A DNA stretch of 64,000 bases from Phaeosaccion multiseriatum (lineage: Eukaryota > Protista > Ochrophyta, other classes): NCBI GenBank assembly GCA_965112735.1, contig OZ218951.1, forward strand, positions 2,852,001 to 2,916,000, written 5' to 3'. Below, one piece after another: positions 34,995 to 49,770 of the stretch. Position 1 is the stretch's first letter. The number at the start of each line of letters is the position of its first letter. The notes under the pieces were generated by a model. The model did no database searches. It was given only the letters and a program-made list of their open reading frames with translations, and had not been told where the DNA came from. The position numbers and the translations under genes are program-made.

Positions 34995-37900
34995 ATGGCG
35001 ACATTTCCAGTCAAGGTCGCCGTGGCGGCCATCTTCTGGGCCACTACCACTGCCTCCACCTATCTGTCTAAGGTACGAGAAGCTGAGGCGGGGGCATGGT
35101 CCTACGCGTTTTGTGCCCTTGAGACTCGCTGCTAAGGCTCGCCTTTAGCTTCTCCGATCCTGAGCTCTATTCCACCCTCCTCCCCTCCTCCTCCTGCCCC
35201 TAAGGGACATACTGCTGCTACTGCTGCTACTCCTGCTGCTGCTGATGCCGCCCGCTCTCCCCTATCCCTTCCCCCAGTACCTGATGACTCTCCCCGGATG
35301 GACCTTCTGCATGCCCGTCCTGCTGGCCTGGGTGCAAGCCGGGCTCTGGTGTGGGCTGAGCTGGAGCCAACGGGGAGGCACCAGGCTGGTGGCTGTTACT
35401 GCAGGTGAGGGAACGGAGTGACACTTCGGGGTGAGGTAGCCAAACGAGCCTTGGCGCACTGGGGCCTTCGGGAGCAAAATTAGTGTGCCATGAAAGAGAG
35501 AGAAAGGGAGGGACAGACTGACGACACTGTGGTCCGTTCCGTTGATGGTGCACGGCGCGAAATTAGCAACCAATCAATAAGTATCCAATCACTGCTGCGC
35601 TCTTTGGCTGCTGCTGCTGCTGCTGCTACTTCTTGGTGTTGCTTTTGTTGTTCAGGAGGGTCCCTGTCCGCCAAGGAAGCGACTCAAGGCGGTGCTCAGC
35701 GTGAGCTGCGAGAGGTGGACCTGTCAACACAGGCCGTGGGGGGGGTGCTGGGCACGCTCGTGGTGTACTTCGATCTCAAGTGCCTGCAGCACGTCAACAC
35801 CAGCTTCTTTCAGGTGGGTTAAGTGCACTTATCTCTTTCTCCCTCTACTGCTGCCGCCGCTACTGCTACTGCTACAGAGCAAGAGCAGGAGATAGTGCTA
35901 CTGCTACTGCTACAGAGCGAGAGAAGGAGAGCAATTGCCCAGCTGCTGCTGAGGGGGAGGGGGAGAAGAGAGGGTCACACCCCCCCTGTGCGTCCTGTTG
36001 GTCGGATTGCTTTGCTCTGTGCGTCCTGTTGGTCGGATTGCTTTGCTCGGACTAGTGTAAGGCCTCGCTCCCCCGTTCCGTTTTCGCGCCTCCTTTGGGG
36101 GGGGGGGGGGCGGGGGGTGCCGGCTTTTTGGTGTGCTATTCCTCTCTTCTCTCCCCTCTCCCTCTTTCTCTCACCCCCTCTCCCTCTCTCTCTCCCCATC
36201 TCCCTCTCTCTCTCTCTCTCATACACCATACATACCAAAGGTGGCCCGTGGGCTGGCCTGCCCCATGGTGTGGGCTGCCGTTATGACCCACGCGGGGGCA
36301 GAGGCCAACGCCAACCACCCCTGGGCAGAGCTCTTCAACCTCGCCTTCATCCCCTCCCTTCTCAGTGCCATGGGATACATGGTTGGAGTCACAGCACAGT
36401 CACCAGAGCTCATCCTGGGCAGTGTGTACGGGGCCCTGTCCTGCTTGGCTCTATGCTTCTACACGTACTTCTTGCACAACTTGCTGTTTCCGCCCTGTGA
36501 TGACGAGTATGAGGACGATGAGGACTTGGTATTGGCAGCAAGGGAGGAGGAGGGGCAGGAGCAGGAGTGCGGGGGTCAGTGGTATTGGGGCGGCGACGAC
36601 GCTTACGGTGAAGGAGAAGGCCGTTCTCCCTCTGCTCTTCTTGCTGCTGCTGGTGATGGTGATGGTGATGGTGGTGGTGGTGGTGGTGGTGGTATCGGAG
36701 CCATCATTACTGCTGCGGGGGGAGGAAGAGGCGAAGACGAGAGCTTCGTCTGGGGTATGTTACTACATGGAGGAGGAGCAGCAGGAGGAGGAGAAGGTAC
36801 AGGAAGCATCACTGAAAGTAGGCACAAAGACAGAGATGTGACCGACCACCCAGGGGAGGTGGAGATGCAGACATTGCACATGACAAGGGCCGACAAGGGA
36901 GGAGGGGCATATGGGCAATTTGCAGCAGCAGCAGCAGTTGGTGATACAGGAGCAGAGGCCAAAGGAAGGGGAAGCCGAAGAGACTCCTCCATCGCCGTGA
37001 TGGAAGGAGGACAACAGGAGGTGGTGGAGGAGGAGGATGAGCACGAGCAGGACGGGGACAAGAGCCGGCGAGAACCACACAGAGGGGAGATGGAAGAGGG
37101 GGAGCAGCAAGAGGAGCAGGAGGAGCAGGAGGGGATACTTCGTGCACAGGCGATGGCGATGATCGACATGGAGGTGGGAGAGGTGGGCGGTGGCGAACAG
37201 GAGGAGGCGAGAGACCGTGTCAGAGGAAGAGCTTTGGGAAGAAGAAGTGCTGCAGGACGTATAGCATCCACATCACCACCAGCAGTAGTAGGAGCAGGCT
37301 CCTTAAGAAGGGGAGGGAAGGAGAAGCAGCCGCAGGAACAGCAGCAGCAGCAGCAGCAGGAGGAGGAGGAGCAGCAGCTGCAGCAGCAGCAGGAGCAGCA
37401 GCAGGGGCAACAGCAGGAGGAGCAGGAGGAGCAGCAGCAGCAGCAGCAGGAGGAGGAGGAGCAGCAGGAGATGCACTCCTGTCCCCAGGCGTGCTCGTGG
37501 GACGTGACTTACTACACTACTCGGGGCGGCGTGTGCCTGCTCCTCCCGGTGGTGTTCCGGGTGCAAATACGCGCGGAGGACGTTGTGGTGTTGCAGGGAG
37601 TGTTCGCGACTGGCGTTTTGGCGGTGTGTGCGGGGCTCTTCTCCATGCAGCAAGCGCGGTGAGTGACGGGGGGGAGGGAGGGAGGGAGGGAGGGAGGGAG
37701 GGAGGGAGGGGGAGAGAGGAGGGTGGGAGGGGAGAGAGTAGGAAAGCTCTGTGTTGGCAAGCCATCAGTCGGAGACCACACACTTTCCACCCTAACTGAA
37801 GGAAGACGTCCCCCCCCCCCGCCCCGCGCCCCCCGCCCTTCTTCTCCTCCTTCCTCCTCATCCCCCAACTCCTCCTTCCTCCTCCTCCTCCTCCTCCTCC

Positions 37901-38894
37901 AACACCACCACCTCCTTCTTCCTCCTCATCCTCCTCCTCCTTCCTCCTCCTCCTCCTCCTCCTCCTCCTCTTCCTCCCTCCTCCTCCTCCTCCTCCAACA
38001 TCCTTTCTCTTCCCGCCTACCTTATACCTCTACTTGTGCCCTGTATTACATTTGCCTGTCTGTCTGCCTGCCTACCGCACGCACGCACAGAATGCTATCA
38101 CCCAAAGAGTGCATCATATCAGTGGTGGCACAGCGTTTCTTTCAACACTACCTGGCCTTCTGGGTGTGGGGCAATGCCCCCACGGTGCAGGGGGAGCTCG
38201 GCACGGCACTCGTCTTGGCCGCTCTGGCGTTTCATATGTACGAGACGAAGGGGGCCGCGTGGGTGTCTGCCCACTTCTTCACCAGTGTGGGGCAACTGAT
38301 GGCCCAGTCTTTCAGCAGGAAGCTGAGGACGGAGGCAGACTTTGATGACTTGGTAAGGGGGAGGGATGGGAGGAGGAGAGGGAGGGGAGAGGAGGCGAGG
38401 GGGGAGGAGGAGAGGAGAGGAGAGGGAGGGGAGGGGAGGGAGTGGAGGGAGGGGAGGGAGGGGGAGGGGAGGGGAGGGAGGGGGAAGGGAGTGGAGGGAG
38501 GGAGGGGGAGGGGAGGGGAGGGGAGGGACGGAGAGAGGGAGGGGGAAGGAGGGAATAAGGATGTATCAGTGTGGCCTTTCTTCCCCTACGTCTTATCTCA
38601 CTTCCCCCCTCCCCACCTTGCCATGGCCCCAAACGTGCGATCCTCTACCGCCCTTCCTTCCCTTGATGCCATTCACACCGCACCTCCACAGGAATTGGCG
38701 AGCCTTCCGTTCGCCGGCAGCACGGGCAGGGGCAATGTCAGCAGTGGCAACGGCGGGGGGAGGGGAGTAGCGACAACCACACATCATCCGCACCATCCTC
38801 GCCGAGCCGAGTTTAACAAGGGGCGTAACAGTGGTGAGGCTCAGTCCTCTCGCCGGCGCTTCCCTGACACACGGCGACAGAAGCATCCTCATCC

Positions 38895-38928
<34 letters not shown>

Positions 38929-39345
38929 GCCAGCAGTACGAGTAACAGTAACAAGGCGTTACACCACCGCCACCTCCCTGCTGCCCATGCCCCTGCCCCG
39001 GCCCCTCGTGGCCCAAAGGCAAAGGCAAAGGCGGCGCTCTTTGGCGGGCATTACGGTTTCCTCCAACGCCGAAGCCGGACCCCCCGTGGAAGTGCAAGCC
39101 GGCACCAGTGGGGTAAGCAGCAGCAGCAGCAGTTGGTGATACAGGAGCGTCAATGGCCGGGTCGGCAGGGAGCGTGGGCGGGAGCGCGAGGGGAGGGAGG
39201 GGAGGAGGGAGAGGGGGAGAGCCAGCCCTTCCTGTCTAGAGATGACGTGGCCATTCTGACCCCGTCGACTCTGGCCAGTCGGGCGTCGGAGCTGCATGAG
39301 CGCCGCACTACGCGTTCGCGTCGGCAACGCTGCTTCTCGGAGTGA
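34995..39345 (+). CDS. SLC35/TPT-family nucleotide-sugar transporter-like (closest in motif to the GDP-fucose transporter), about 6 exons, with large low-complexity insertion
   Basis: Hydrophobic helices; STYLSK|YLM and DLKCLQHVNTSFFQ|VARGL resemble SLC35C1 CLKYVxVAFYxVGRSL. Confidence 0.6.
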
Positions 39346-39804
39346 CGACCCTTTGCCTTTCCATCCCTTGTACATAGCTACATTTTTATAGTTTTGTTGT
39401 TTTCCCCCATAACACCAAGACACTCTAACTTTTAATTACACAGCCCAAATAAAAAGCAAACATCCCCCTCCGAATGGCCTGCTCCTCTGCTACCGACGTG
39501 TTGGCGTGTTGAGTGTGCGGTGCATGCCCATGGTCCAATCCCCAAACACATGTTGTGTGTGTGTGTGCTGTGTCGCTCTCTTCAGAGAATCGCCCCCCTC
39601 TACCCCATTACACCCTATACCCTGTCTTCGCTTCGCTCCTAGCAAGGTACGCTCGGGCCGATCTTCTTCCGATCAAAACGGAATGGCCACACCCACCCCC
39701 CCTTCGGTGGTACAGTACAACAATAGAAAGACTGGAAAGGCTCGTGGGAAAAGATGCTGATTCCTTATGCTTCTTTGTGATGGAATTCCTCCCCTCGTTG
39801 TATT

Positions 39805-39848
<44 letters not shown>

Positions 39849-39946
39849 ATATGTGTGTGTGTGTGTTATTGGTGTGTCTCGTTTCGCCTAAGCCTTTTAT
39901 CAACACATGCGGAACCGCTCTCTCCATCCTCTATCCTCTACTCGGC

Positions 39947-40038
39947 CTACTATATCTTCTAATAGTAAGTCCTCTATCCGCCCTAGCCACTGTCTACTAT
40001 ATCTTCTAATAGTAAGTCATCTATCCGCCCTAGCCACT
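39947..40038. repeat. 47-bp tandem duplication
   Basis: CTACTATATCTTCTAATAGTAAGTC(C/A)TCTATCCGCCCTAGCCACT twice, starting at 39947 and 39994. Confidence 0.85.
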
Positions 40039-40112
40039 TCACCGTCTGCTGTTCTTCTGTCATCAGACCGATCGCCTCTGCGCCTTCCTTCTCCTCCCCG
40101 CCCACGTCCTCC

Positions 40113-43100
40113 TCACCCTGCTCCTCCTCCTCCTCCTCCTCCTCCTCCTCCTCCTTCCCTCGCCCCTTCCTCGTGTCCCCACAGGTCCACCGTGACCTCC
40201 TCTTCCTCGTCCCCCTCCTCCTCACGCCCCCCGCATGACGAGGAGAAGAGAGAGGGGGAGAGCCTACCGGGCTGCTCCAAGTCAAGGGCAGCACTCGCCA
40301 GTCGAAACAGATATGCCTTGGCTGCCTGTCGATCCTGCTCCTGGAGCTGCGCCTTACATCCCAGCGTCACCAGGAAGGAGAAAGCCTTGCTACGCGCCAG
40401 GCGGTGCTGAGGCGACGAAAAGTGCGAGGTGGTCGACATCGCCATCGAGGACATCGACCCCGGCAATGTCGCCTCAGCTTTCCTCCATGCCGGAGGCACT
40501 AGCAGCGGTGGGCCCCTGTACAGAGCCGCGCTTCTGCCCCCTTGTCCCCCTCCTCCTACTCCTCCTCTCCCTCTCCCTCCTCCTCCTCCTGCTGCTGCTG
40601 CTCCGAGGTGCTGCATTATCTGCAGCTGCAGCGCCTGGACCGCGCTTGTATCGTGCTGATGCTGCTGCGTCTGCGACGGTGGCGTGACACTGACAGAAGT
40701 AGGAAAGGCGGACGAGGAGGAGGAGGGTAACCCTGCCGTGCCAGTGAGACTGGAAGTTGGGGCGGAGGAGGAGGAGGAGGAGGAGGAGGGCAGGGCCAGC
40801 CCAGGATTAGGAGAAGGGGAAGATCCTGCATCTTCCGCCATTCCCATCCAGCCCAGCAGAGCTGTAGATATGGCAGCACCCCCAGTCCCTCCGCCAGGAG
40901 TGTCTCCACCACCTCCTTCTCTTCCTCCTCCTCTTCCTCCTCCTGCTCCTCCTCCCTCGCCTCGTAGCTCACGCTGCTCGTCGCTACTTCGCTCGCCCGT
41001 CCTCGCTGCCGCTGCCGCTGCGGCAGAGGAAGAGGAGTCATCCTTAAAGGGCCATAGTGACCGCTTCAGCTCCTCCGGAAGGGGAAAGACCTCTGGAAGG
41101 ACCTTCAGGCCGCTCATGCCGCTATTCAAGATGTTGACGACGTCCGGGTAGGGCCACACGATAGACCCGCTGTCACGATTATCATCTCCTCCTCCTCCTC
41201 CTGCTGCTGCTGCTGCTGCTGCTGCTCCTTCTGCTCCTACTGCTGTACCCGCAACTCCTGTATCACCAACTGCTGCTGCCATCCCGCCGCTACCGTCACC
41301 AGTCCTCCTCATATGGCGCATCACCCCCCCCCCAGCAGCCTTGGACGACGATGATGACGATGACGACGACGAGGAGGAGGAGGAGACGGAGGAGAAGGCA
41401 GAGGAGGAGGACGACAAGGAGGAGGCGTAGGAGGTGTAGGACGTGTCGGTGTCCGGCAGAGGAGAGGACGTACGAGGTCGACGAGCCTTGGACCACGGAG
41501 AGCTGTGTCGAGTTACCTGCAGTTGTCATTTGTGAGGTTGAGTGAGTTTGAGTTTGAGGTTGAGTTTGTTGAGAACACTGTACGTACAGCATCGAGCACA
41601 TTGATATGGAGTTGGCTCGTTGGAAAGGTGTAAAGGTCCACCTTACATGAGGTACACCTACCTTGGAGGAAAAAAGATCCTGCACCACTTCATGGCCAAC
41701 CATACCGGCCAGGGCTGCTTGGGTGTAGGGGTGACCCATTCCCAGGACCTGTGTGTTGAAGGAGAGGAGATGAGAAAGAAATCGTCTGATAATATATACT
41801 ACGAAGTATGTAACAGACAACTGTAAAATATATAAACAGAACGCATGGTCTTGCTAACCTCCATTTCAAGGCATACACAACGTTTAGCGTTCTCGCATGC
41901 ATAGACACACATGCACACACATACACACACGTCCTCACCGTGACAAAGAAGGCCAAAGCTTTTTCGAACACGTCCTTCGCGTCTTCCACCCGGCCGGCAG
42001 CCTGCAGATTGTGTGCGTAGGGCAGCAGATTGGCAGTCTCGGCGGCGCACACGTGCGCCATGTCTACTCCTCCTCCTTCTCCGTCATGTTGTATCACCAA
42101 CTGCTGCTGATCGAATTCCAAATCTTGGTCGTCGTCCACTGCTGACGTATCACCAACTGCTGCTGCTGCTGCTGCTGCCAAGTGCGCCTCGACTGCTCTC
42201 TGAAAGAAGCCTGCCGCCTCTACATTCGCTCCCTGGTGACTCAGACACGACCCGACATCTCTCATCAGCGTCCCGATGCGGTGATAAAGACCCAGGGCCG
42301 GGGGGGGGCAGCTTGGATCATCCCGTTGGGGGAGGAGGTGGTTCCAATCTGACCTCCGTTCTCCTCCTCCTCCTCCTCCTCCTCCACCACCACCACCACC
42401 TCCTCCTCCTCGTCCTGAGCCTATTGCGGAGTTGTTCAAACGCGTAGCAGCACTTCTTTGATATGCTGCTGTGTCCGCCTCACTGGCTCATCGCAACGAA
42501 CCCAAGGGAGGGAGGGGGGGGGGAGGGAAAGACGGACGGACGGAGGAGGGAGGGAGGGAGGGAGGGGGGAAGGGAGGGAGGCAGGCAGGGAGGGAGGGAG
42601 GCAGGGCGGGAGGGAGGGGGGAAAGGGTTGGTATGGTGTGGTTTGTTTTCAGGTTTTCGTGTGTGGCGCCGTGTGTGCCAAGAGAGTAGGAGAAACGGCA
42701 AACGCTCAAAAGACGAAGACACAACGGAAGGGAAGGCGTGTTAACACAAGGAAGGCCCGTTAACACAACACCTGAATCTCCGTGCCTTCACGCTGCCCTG
42801 CTGCTCTGGACCGCTACTGCTACAAGCGCAACACAGCTGCTGCTTCTGCTGCTGCTTCTGCTGCTGCTGTTGCTGCTGCTCTCTCCTCCCCTCACCTCTG
42901 GATTGGAAGGCTTCTCTGCCTGCTCCTCCTCTCCTGCTCCTGCCGTTGCCCCACGTGCAGCTCTGCGCTGGTCATTTGTCTGCCCCTCCTCTCCTCCTCC
43001 TGCTCCTGTTCCAAGCGCTCGAGAAGGTCACACGCCTCTTCGTACATCCCCAAACCCCCTTCCCATGCTGCACCTCCTGCCAGCACTAGAAAATCCGCCA

Positions 43101-46100
43101 TTTGTGAAAGCATGCGAGCCTTGAGAGAGACAGGGGGGGGGGGGGGGAGGGAGAGAGAAGGAGAGGGAGGGAGGGAGGGAGAGAGAAGGAGAGGGAGGGA
43201 GGGAGAGAGGGGAGAGAGAGAAGGAGAGGGAGGAGGGAGGGGGAGAGAGAGGGAGAGAGAGGAAGGGGAAGGGAGGGAGAGGGGGAGAGGGAGAGAAAGA
43301 GAGGGAGGGAGAAGGATAGGAAGGGAGGAAGAGGGAGAGAGTGAGGAGGGGGAGGGAAGGCGGGTGGGCAAGAGGGCAAGAAACAGCGCAGCGGCAACGA
43401 AGAGGTGCCACGTAAGATGTGCGGGAAAGGGCAAAGTAAGCAGATCAATCAAATACTCACGTCATCTCACTGACTCAAATCATTCCACCTACTCCACTTA
43501 CTCACTCCATCACTCCCTCACTCACTCACTCACTCACTCACTTACTCTCTCACTCACTCACTCACTCACTCACTCACTCACTCACTCACTCACATACTCC
43601 CTCCCTCCCTCCCTCACTCACTTACGTACTCGCTCCACTCACCATGCCGAGCCGATCACCCTCACTCCTGCCCGAAAGCGCCCAGCGCATACGAGCGAGC
43701 TTGAGCTGGTGCATGTAACCGTCCACAGCAGCCGGGAGAAAGAGAGAGGGCCCCCTTCCCCCCCTTCGGTGGTCATTCCTTTCGGGGTTATGGCGATGGT
43801 CAGCAGCTGGTCTTCCCTCCCCCCGGCCGCCAGCCCCGCCCTGTGTACCACCAACCCCTGCACCTGCAGCCCTTCTCCTGCGCAGTGAGTCAACCCCCGA
43901 GTTCAGTTCAAAAGAAGCAATAGGAGGAAGAAGAGAACCATCACCACCACCAGCAGTTGGTGATACAGCAGCAGCAGACGCAGCGCCGGCACACCGAAAA
44001 CAAACAATGAAAAGAGCCACAAAACCACCAACCAAAAGAGTTTTACCCCCTCGACGCATTCGAACGTCCTTCGTTCAATGCCAATGGAACCTTCCCTCTC
44101 TCTCCCTCCCTCCTCCTCCTCCTCTCTTACATTCACCGCAGGCAACAACCACACTCCCACTCCTCACTCCCTCACCTGAGGTCCCTCTGACCGTGATCCT
44201 CCTCCCCAGCCCCCCAACTCCCGCTGACGTGCCTCCAGCAAATCAACAAGTCCGAGTAACGGCCAAACCCGCCATAGGAGCGAGGCAACAGGCCACACGC
44301 TCCACACAGCCCTCCGCGGGGTACCATGGCCAAGACCTCTCTTTCTGCTGCCACTGCCGCCCATCTGCTCGCCTCTTCTGCTGCGGCTTTTGCGGTATTA
44401 TTGGTCGGTGAAGGAATGAGCATCATAGACAAAGCCTGTCCCGCCAGAGGGGCGAGAAGACTCTCCAGAGTACCAGGGCTTCCTCCTCCTCCTCCTCCTC
44501 CTGCTGCTGCTGCTGCTTCTGCTGTTGCTCCTGATGCTCCCCCTCCTCCTGCTTCTTTTCTTCGTTCCACTTCTACTCCTCCTCCACCACCACCACCAAC
44601 ACCTGAGAGCCCGAGGGGGGAAACAGCCGCGGTCGGAACATCTCCCAGGGGGGGCACACCCGAAGACAGCTCCGCCTGAAGGACGAACGAGAACGGAGAG
44701 AGAGAAAAGAGACACAGGTTCGATGCAGGGATGCAGACAGACAGACAGAGAGACAAACGAACAACAAAAGGTTGGTTGGCTGGTTGGGTGGGTGATTGCA
44801 CAAACAGGTGGTGGGGGGTTGAATCAGAATCAGAGCTGGTATGGTACCGCTCCCTCCCCCTCTCTCTCCCTGCCCCCTCTCCCTCTCTTCTCTTCCTCTC
44901 CCTCCCTCCCTCCCTCTCTCCCCCCCGACTACCCCCTCACCTCCCCTCTCCTCCTCTCCCTCCGTCTCTGTTTTACCAACCTGTAAGATGGCGACGATCC
45001 TCTTGGCCGCGACGTGCCTCTCTTGCCCGCCCCTCCCGCGCCCCGCCAGACTGCGGAGTATGTCATCAAGTACGCTGTTGGGAGAGAAGCGGCAGCAGGC
45101 AGAGGGGGCCCAAAGGGAGCCACACACCGCCACGTGCTGCTGCAGCTGCTGTACTACCAACTGCTGCGGCTGCTGTTTACTACGAGGGCCATGACGAGAG
45201 GACCCTCCTCCTCGTCCCCGTCCTCGTCCTCCTCCTCCTCCTCCTCCATGCCTGCTCATCAACTCTACGCTGTTAAGGCTGCACACCGTCAACAAGCCCA
45301 GACTCAGAAACGTGTTCGTGAGCATCATCGTCTCGCTCTCCTCCTCCTCCTCCTCCTCCTCCTCCTCCTCCCCCTCCTCCTTCTCCTCCTTCTCCTTCCC
45401 CTCCTCCTCTTCTTCTTCCTCCTCGTCCTCATGATCATCATCGTCGTCGTCGTCGTCGTCGTCGTCATCATAATCGTCGTCATCATCTTCCAACTCTTCT
45501 CTGCCTTTCCAGCTAAATAGCTGCCCATCTGACTGATGCTGACGCTGGCGCTGCTGCCGCCCTCTACGGTCGACAACGTCAACGACACCAATCGTCTCAC
45601 TGCTACTTCGACGATGCTTCCTGCCCAGCTCGCTGCTGCCTACTATCGACCCGACCTTGACCTGGCGGCACTGGCGCCGGAAAAGTATCTCGACAGCATC
45701 GATGCCGAACACTCGCTCCCCTCTCTCCCATCTCTCATCTCTTTCGCCCCGCCTCCTCCGCTCACCAAGAGGAGCGGATCCGTCGCGCTTCGGAGGGCCA
45801 CCAGAAGCTTCAGAGGCCTCCGGGGGCGGGAGAGAGCGGGCGCTGCTCCTGCCGCTATGCTTGCGCATCCTCGTGCCTGCGGACCGCCCTCGAGTGCTGC
45901 TGCCGCTACTCCTGGTGCTGTTTCGACCCTCTCGTGACCACCTTTGAATAGGCTGCGTGGACTGCTGCTGCTGCTGCTGCTGCTGCTCTTTCACCAATTG
46001 TTGCTGCTGCTGTATCACCCACTGTTGCTGCTGCTGTTCGTTAGGATGTCGCTCCTTCTGCTGCTGCCAAAGGATGTGCAGAATCTGGGCCGGGATAAGA

Positions 46101-48321
46101 AACCCCGGGGGGAGAGCCTGTCATTTGGGGGGGGGGGGGGGTGAGAGGGAGAGTGGGAGGGGAGAGAGGGAGAGTGGGAGGGGAGTGAGGGAGAGTGGGA
46201 GGGGAGAGAGGAAGAGTGGGAGGGGAGAGAGGGAGAGTGGGAGGGGAGAGAGGGAGAGTGGGAGGGGAGAGAGGGAGAGTGGGAGGGGAGAGAGGGAGAG
46301 TGGGAGGGGAGAGAGGAAGAGTGGGAGGGGAGAGAGGGAGAGTGGGAGGGGAGAGAGGGAGAGTGGGAGGGGAGAGAGGGAGAGTGGGAGGGGAGAGAGG
46401 AAGAGTGGGAGGGGAGAGAGGGAGAGTGGGAGGGGAGAGAGGGAGAGCGGGAGGGGAGAGAGGGAGAGGGAGAGGAAGAGAGTATTGCGTTGTACCCCAC
46501 CCCTCCTCTGATTTCTCTCCTTCCATGTCTCTGCCGCTCTCCTCTGTTTCCTTCTTCCCCGTCGTTCCTTCTCTCTGATTCACTCATTCACTACATAGAC
46601 TAATAGATAAATAGACTTACTCACTCACTCACTGACAAACTGACTGACCACCTCTCTCACTGACTGACTGACTGACTGACTGACCACCTCTCTCACTCAC
46701 TCACCGCCAAGGAGGTGTAACGGCCTATGGCGCCTTCTTGCCCTGCCCGTTCCCCGAGGGTCTCATCTGCGATGGCGAGAGCAGCCTAAACACATGTATA
46801 GGATGATGGGGGATGGCGTGCGTAGATAACAAATGAAGGAGGAAAGACAGGCAGGCACCCGCACGCACATACATAAGAGCCACAAGTAAAGAGTATTGTT
46901 CTCAAGAAGAAGCACTCGATATCGATCGACCTCTTGATTGACAATCACTCGAAAAGTCAAAAGGTCACGTCGAATAAGTTGACACTCAGACTTACCTTTG
47001 TGAGGGATAGCATCGTACATGACATCTGGCGGGTCTCCTCGTCCTCGTGCCGGGTATGATGAGCATCAGTGGACATGACACCATCCTCTCCCCCGCCCCC
47101 TCCTCCTCCTGCTCCTCCTCCTCCTTCTCCTCCTCCTCCTCCTCCTCCTCCTCCTCCTCCTTTTTTAGGTCCTCCTTCATCACTCCGTGCCTCCTCCAGG
47201 CGATCCATCACGTCCAGCCACAGCAGCTCGCTCGTGTCCTCCTCACCCTCGCCCTCGCCGTCTTCCTCTCCGCCCCACCCCTCCTCGTCCCCCTCCCTCT
47301 CCCCCTCCTCCTCCCGCTCCTCCTCCTCCTCCTCCTCCTCCTCCTCCTCCTCCCCCTTCTTCACTTGCTGCTCGATCCCGTCGTCCAACGCCTCCACGTC
47401 CTCTTCCTCTTCTCCTCCCCCCCCCCCTCCCCCCATAAGGCCTTGCTTACCCCCCACTTGCGTGTGCCCTACCTCTCCGCCGTCTAATACCTTACCCTCC
47501 TTCCTCACTTCCAAAGACCCCTTCCGGAGGGTCCTCACCATCCCTCCAGCCATACGGACGGAAAGGGGCCACCACCCCAGCGTGGTGTGGAGGAGAGAGC
47601 GAGCGGCGGGAGGGAGAGTGGTCACCCCGGAGGCATGCATCAACAGTCGCCGCCCCTCCCGTTCAGAGAGAGGGCCCACCTACGGAGGGAGGGAAGCAGA
47701 GGGGAGCAGAGGGGTGGGAGGGAGGGAGGGAGAGGGGGGAGGGGAGGGAGGGGGAGGGAGGGAAGAAGAGAGGGAGATCAGAGAGAGAGGGGGTGAGTAC
47801 ATGCGCACATCCCTCCCTCTCTCTCTTTCACACACATCGACAAACACACGTACTTCATCCCTCACCCCCTCCTTCCCTCTCTCTCTCATACCCCCCCCCA
47901 CAACCCCACCCTCCCCTCTCCCCCTCTCTCCCCCTTCCTCCCTTCCCCTTCCTCCCTTCCCCTCCCTCCCTCCCTCCCTCCCTCCCTCACTCCCTCACTC
48001 ACTCCCTCCCCACCCCTCCTCACCTGAAGCACCTCCGCCCCCACGGCCGTCAACAGGTGTGGCACCGAAGAAGTCACCAACAAATGGCACTGCGTCTCCC
48101 ACAGAGCCCTAACCACCTCCTCCTGCCACACATCATCCAACACCACGAGGCAGCGACGACCCTTCTGTCCGAGAGAGTCACCTCGAATCGCCTCGGCGAG
48201 GTAATTGAGGGCATGCTCGGTGTCTTGGAAGCCTGCAGGGCGCCTATTGCTCGTTCTCATCTTCGTCGTCCTCCTACTACTCCTCATCTTCTTCCCGCTC
48301 GTGTTGTTGCCCGTCTTTCTG

Positions 48322-48352
<31 letters not shown>

Positions 48353-49495
48353 TACTATTACTACTGCTGGTGCGCTGTTCTCGTTCGTCCTCTGACTGCT
48401 CTGAGGCCTTTTCGTCGGGGAGGTGTCTGCAGTGGGAGAAGCAGCAGTCATATAGACAGTTGGTGATACAGCAACACCGCAGCAAGCAGCGTAAGTATGT
48501 ACTAAGTAGAATATTTGCCCCCACCAACACCTCATGATGGATGTATCACCAACACCTCATGATGGATGTATCACACCTTTTGATTGGTGTGTTGTGTTGG
48601 GGGGTATTATCGAAGTCGACATCGCCATGGATAGGGCCTAATACACTTGAAGAAACTCAAACATCACCACCTCCCCTCCTCCCTCCCCACCTCACCACTC
48701 TCACTCACCTCAGGGTGGAGTACCAGAGGTCGGCGGCCAGCTGGTCCAGCATGGGCAGCAGCCTGTCTCCGCCGCTCCTCCCTGCATGCAGCCAGAAGAT
48801 GCGGTCCTCGAACCGTCTCCTAACTGCCGGGCGCTGCACCACAGCGGCAGCAAGGACGGTCTTTCCGCACCCACTTGGGCCCTCCAGGCCGGCCACCTGT
48901 TTTCGTGTTTATGATTTCGGGTGGGTGGGTGTGGATAGATGGCAGTGGATGGCAGTGGATGGATGACGATATCAGTGGATGGCAGTGGATGGATGACGAT
49001 ATCACTGGAAGAGGAGTAAGTCCCCTCCTTTGAAAGAGACGGGTGTAACAGTTGCAGTTGGTGGAGCTCTGCAACTGCTATACACCTCCCCTCCCTACCC
49101 CCCTGCCCCTCCATACCCCACCCACCCCACCAGTTGGGTGATAAACCCCACCCACTCACCCACACCACCCACGCAACCCACTTAGCCCCCCCCCCCCCCC
49201 CCATTGACTAAACTACCCACCCACTTACCTCCATGGGCAAGAAAGGGTGAAGCAGCGTCGTCTCTAACCGCTGCGCCAGGGCAGGTCGCTCAACAAAGTA
49301 TCGAGGTGGAGGCGGTACGTGCGGGAGAGCGCACGCACCCACACTGGTGAGTAAGAGGTTTTGGATGTGGGTGCGCATACAACCCACGAGCTCCGACTCC
49401 TCCTCTACATCAAGACGTTGTTGGTTTTGTTCGGCAGCAAGAGGGGAGGGTAAGCAACGACCACCACCACTGAACGACGTCTTGTGCCGCTGCCT

Positions 49496-49528
<33 letters not shown>

Positions 49529-49711
49529 AGAGCTGTGGCTGCTGCTCTTCTGCTTGAGGAGTGGTGGCGAAACAAAGCCACTCCCACGGCCCTTGCCCGA
49601 CTTGTTGCCTGCCTCCTCTTCTTCCATCACGGCATTCTCACACTTCCCCCCTCTTGTCGGTCGGAGAGCCTCCCTCTTCCTCTTCTTCTTCTCCTTCTCC
49701 TCCTCCTCCTC

Positions 49712-49770
<59 letters not shown>

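Noticed and set aside
46143-46465. CRISPR-like array
   Set aside because: Head-to-tail minisatellite with no unique spacers, inside a eukaryotic intron
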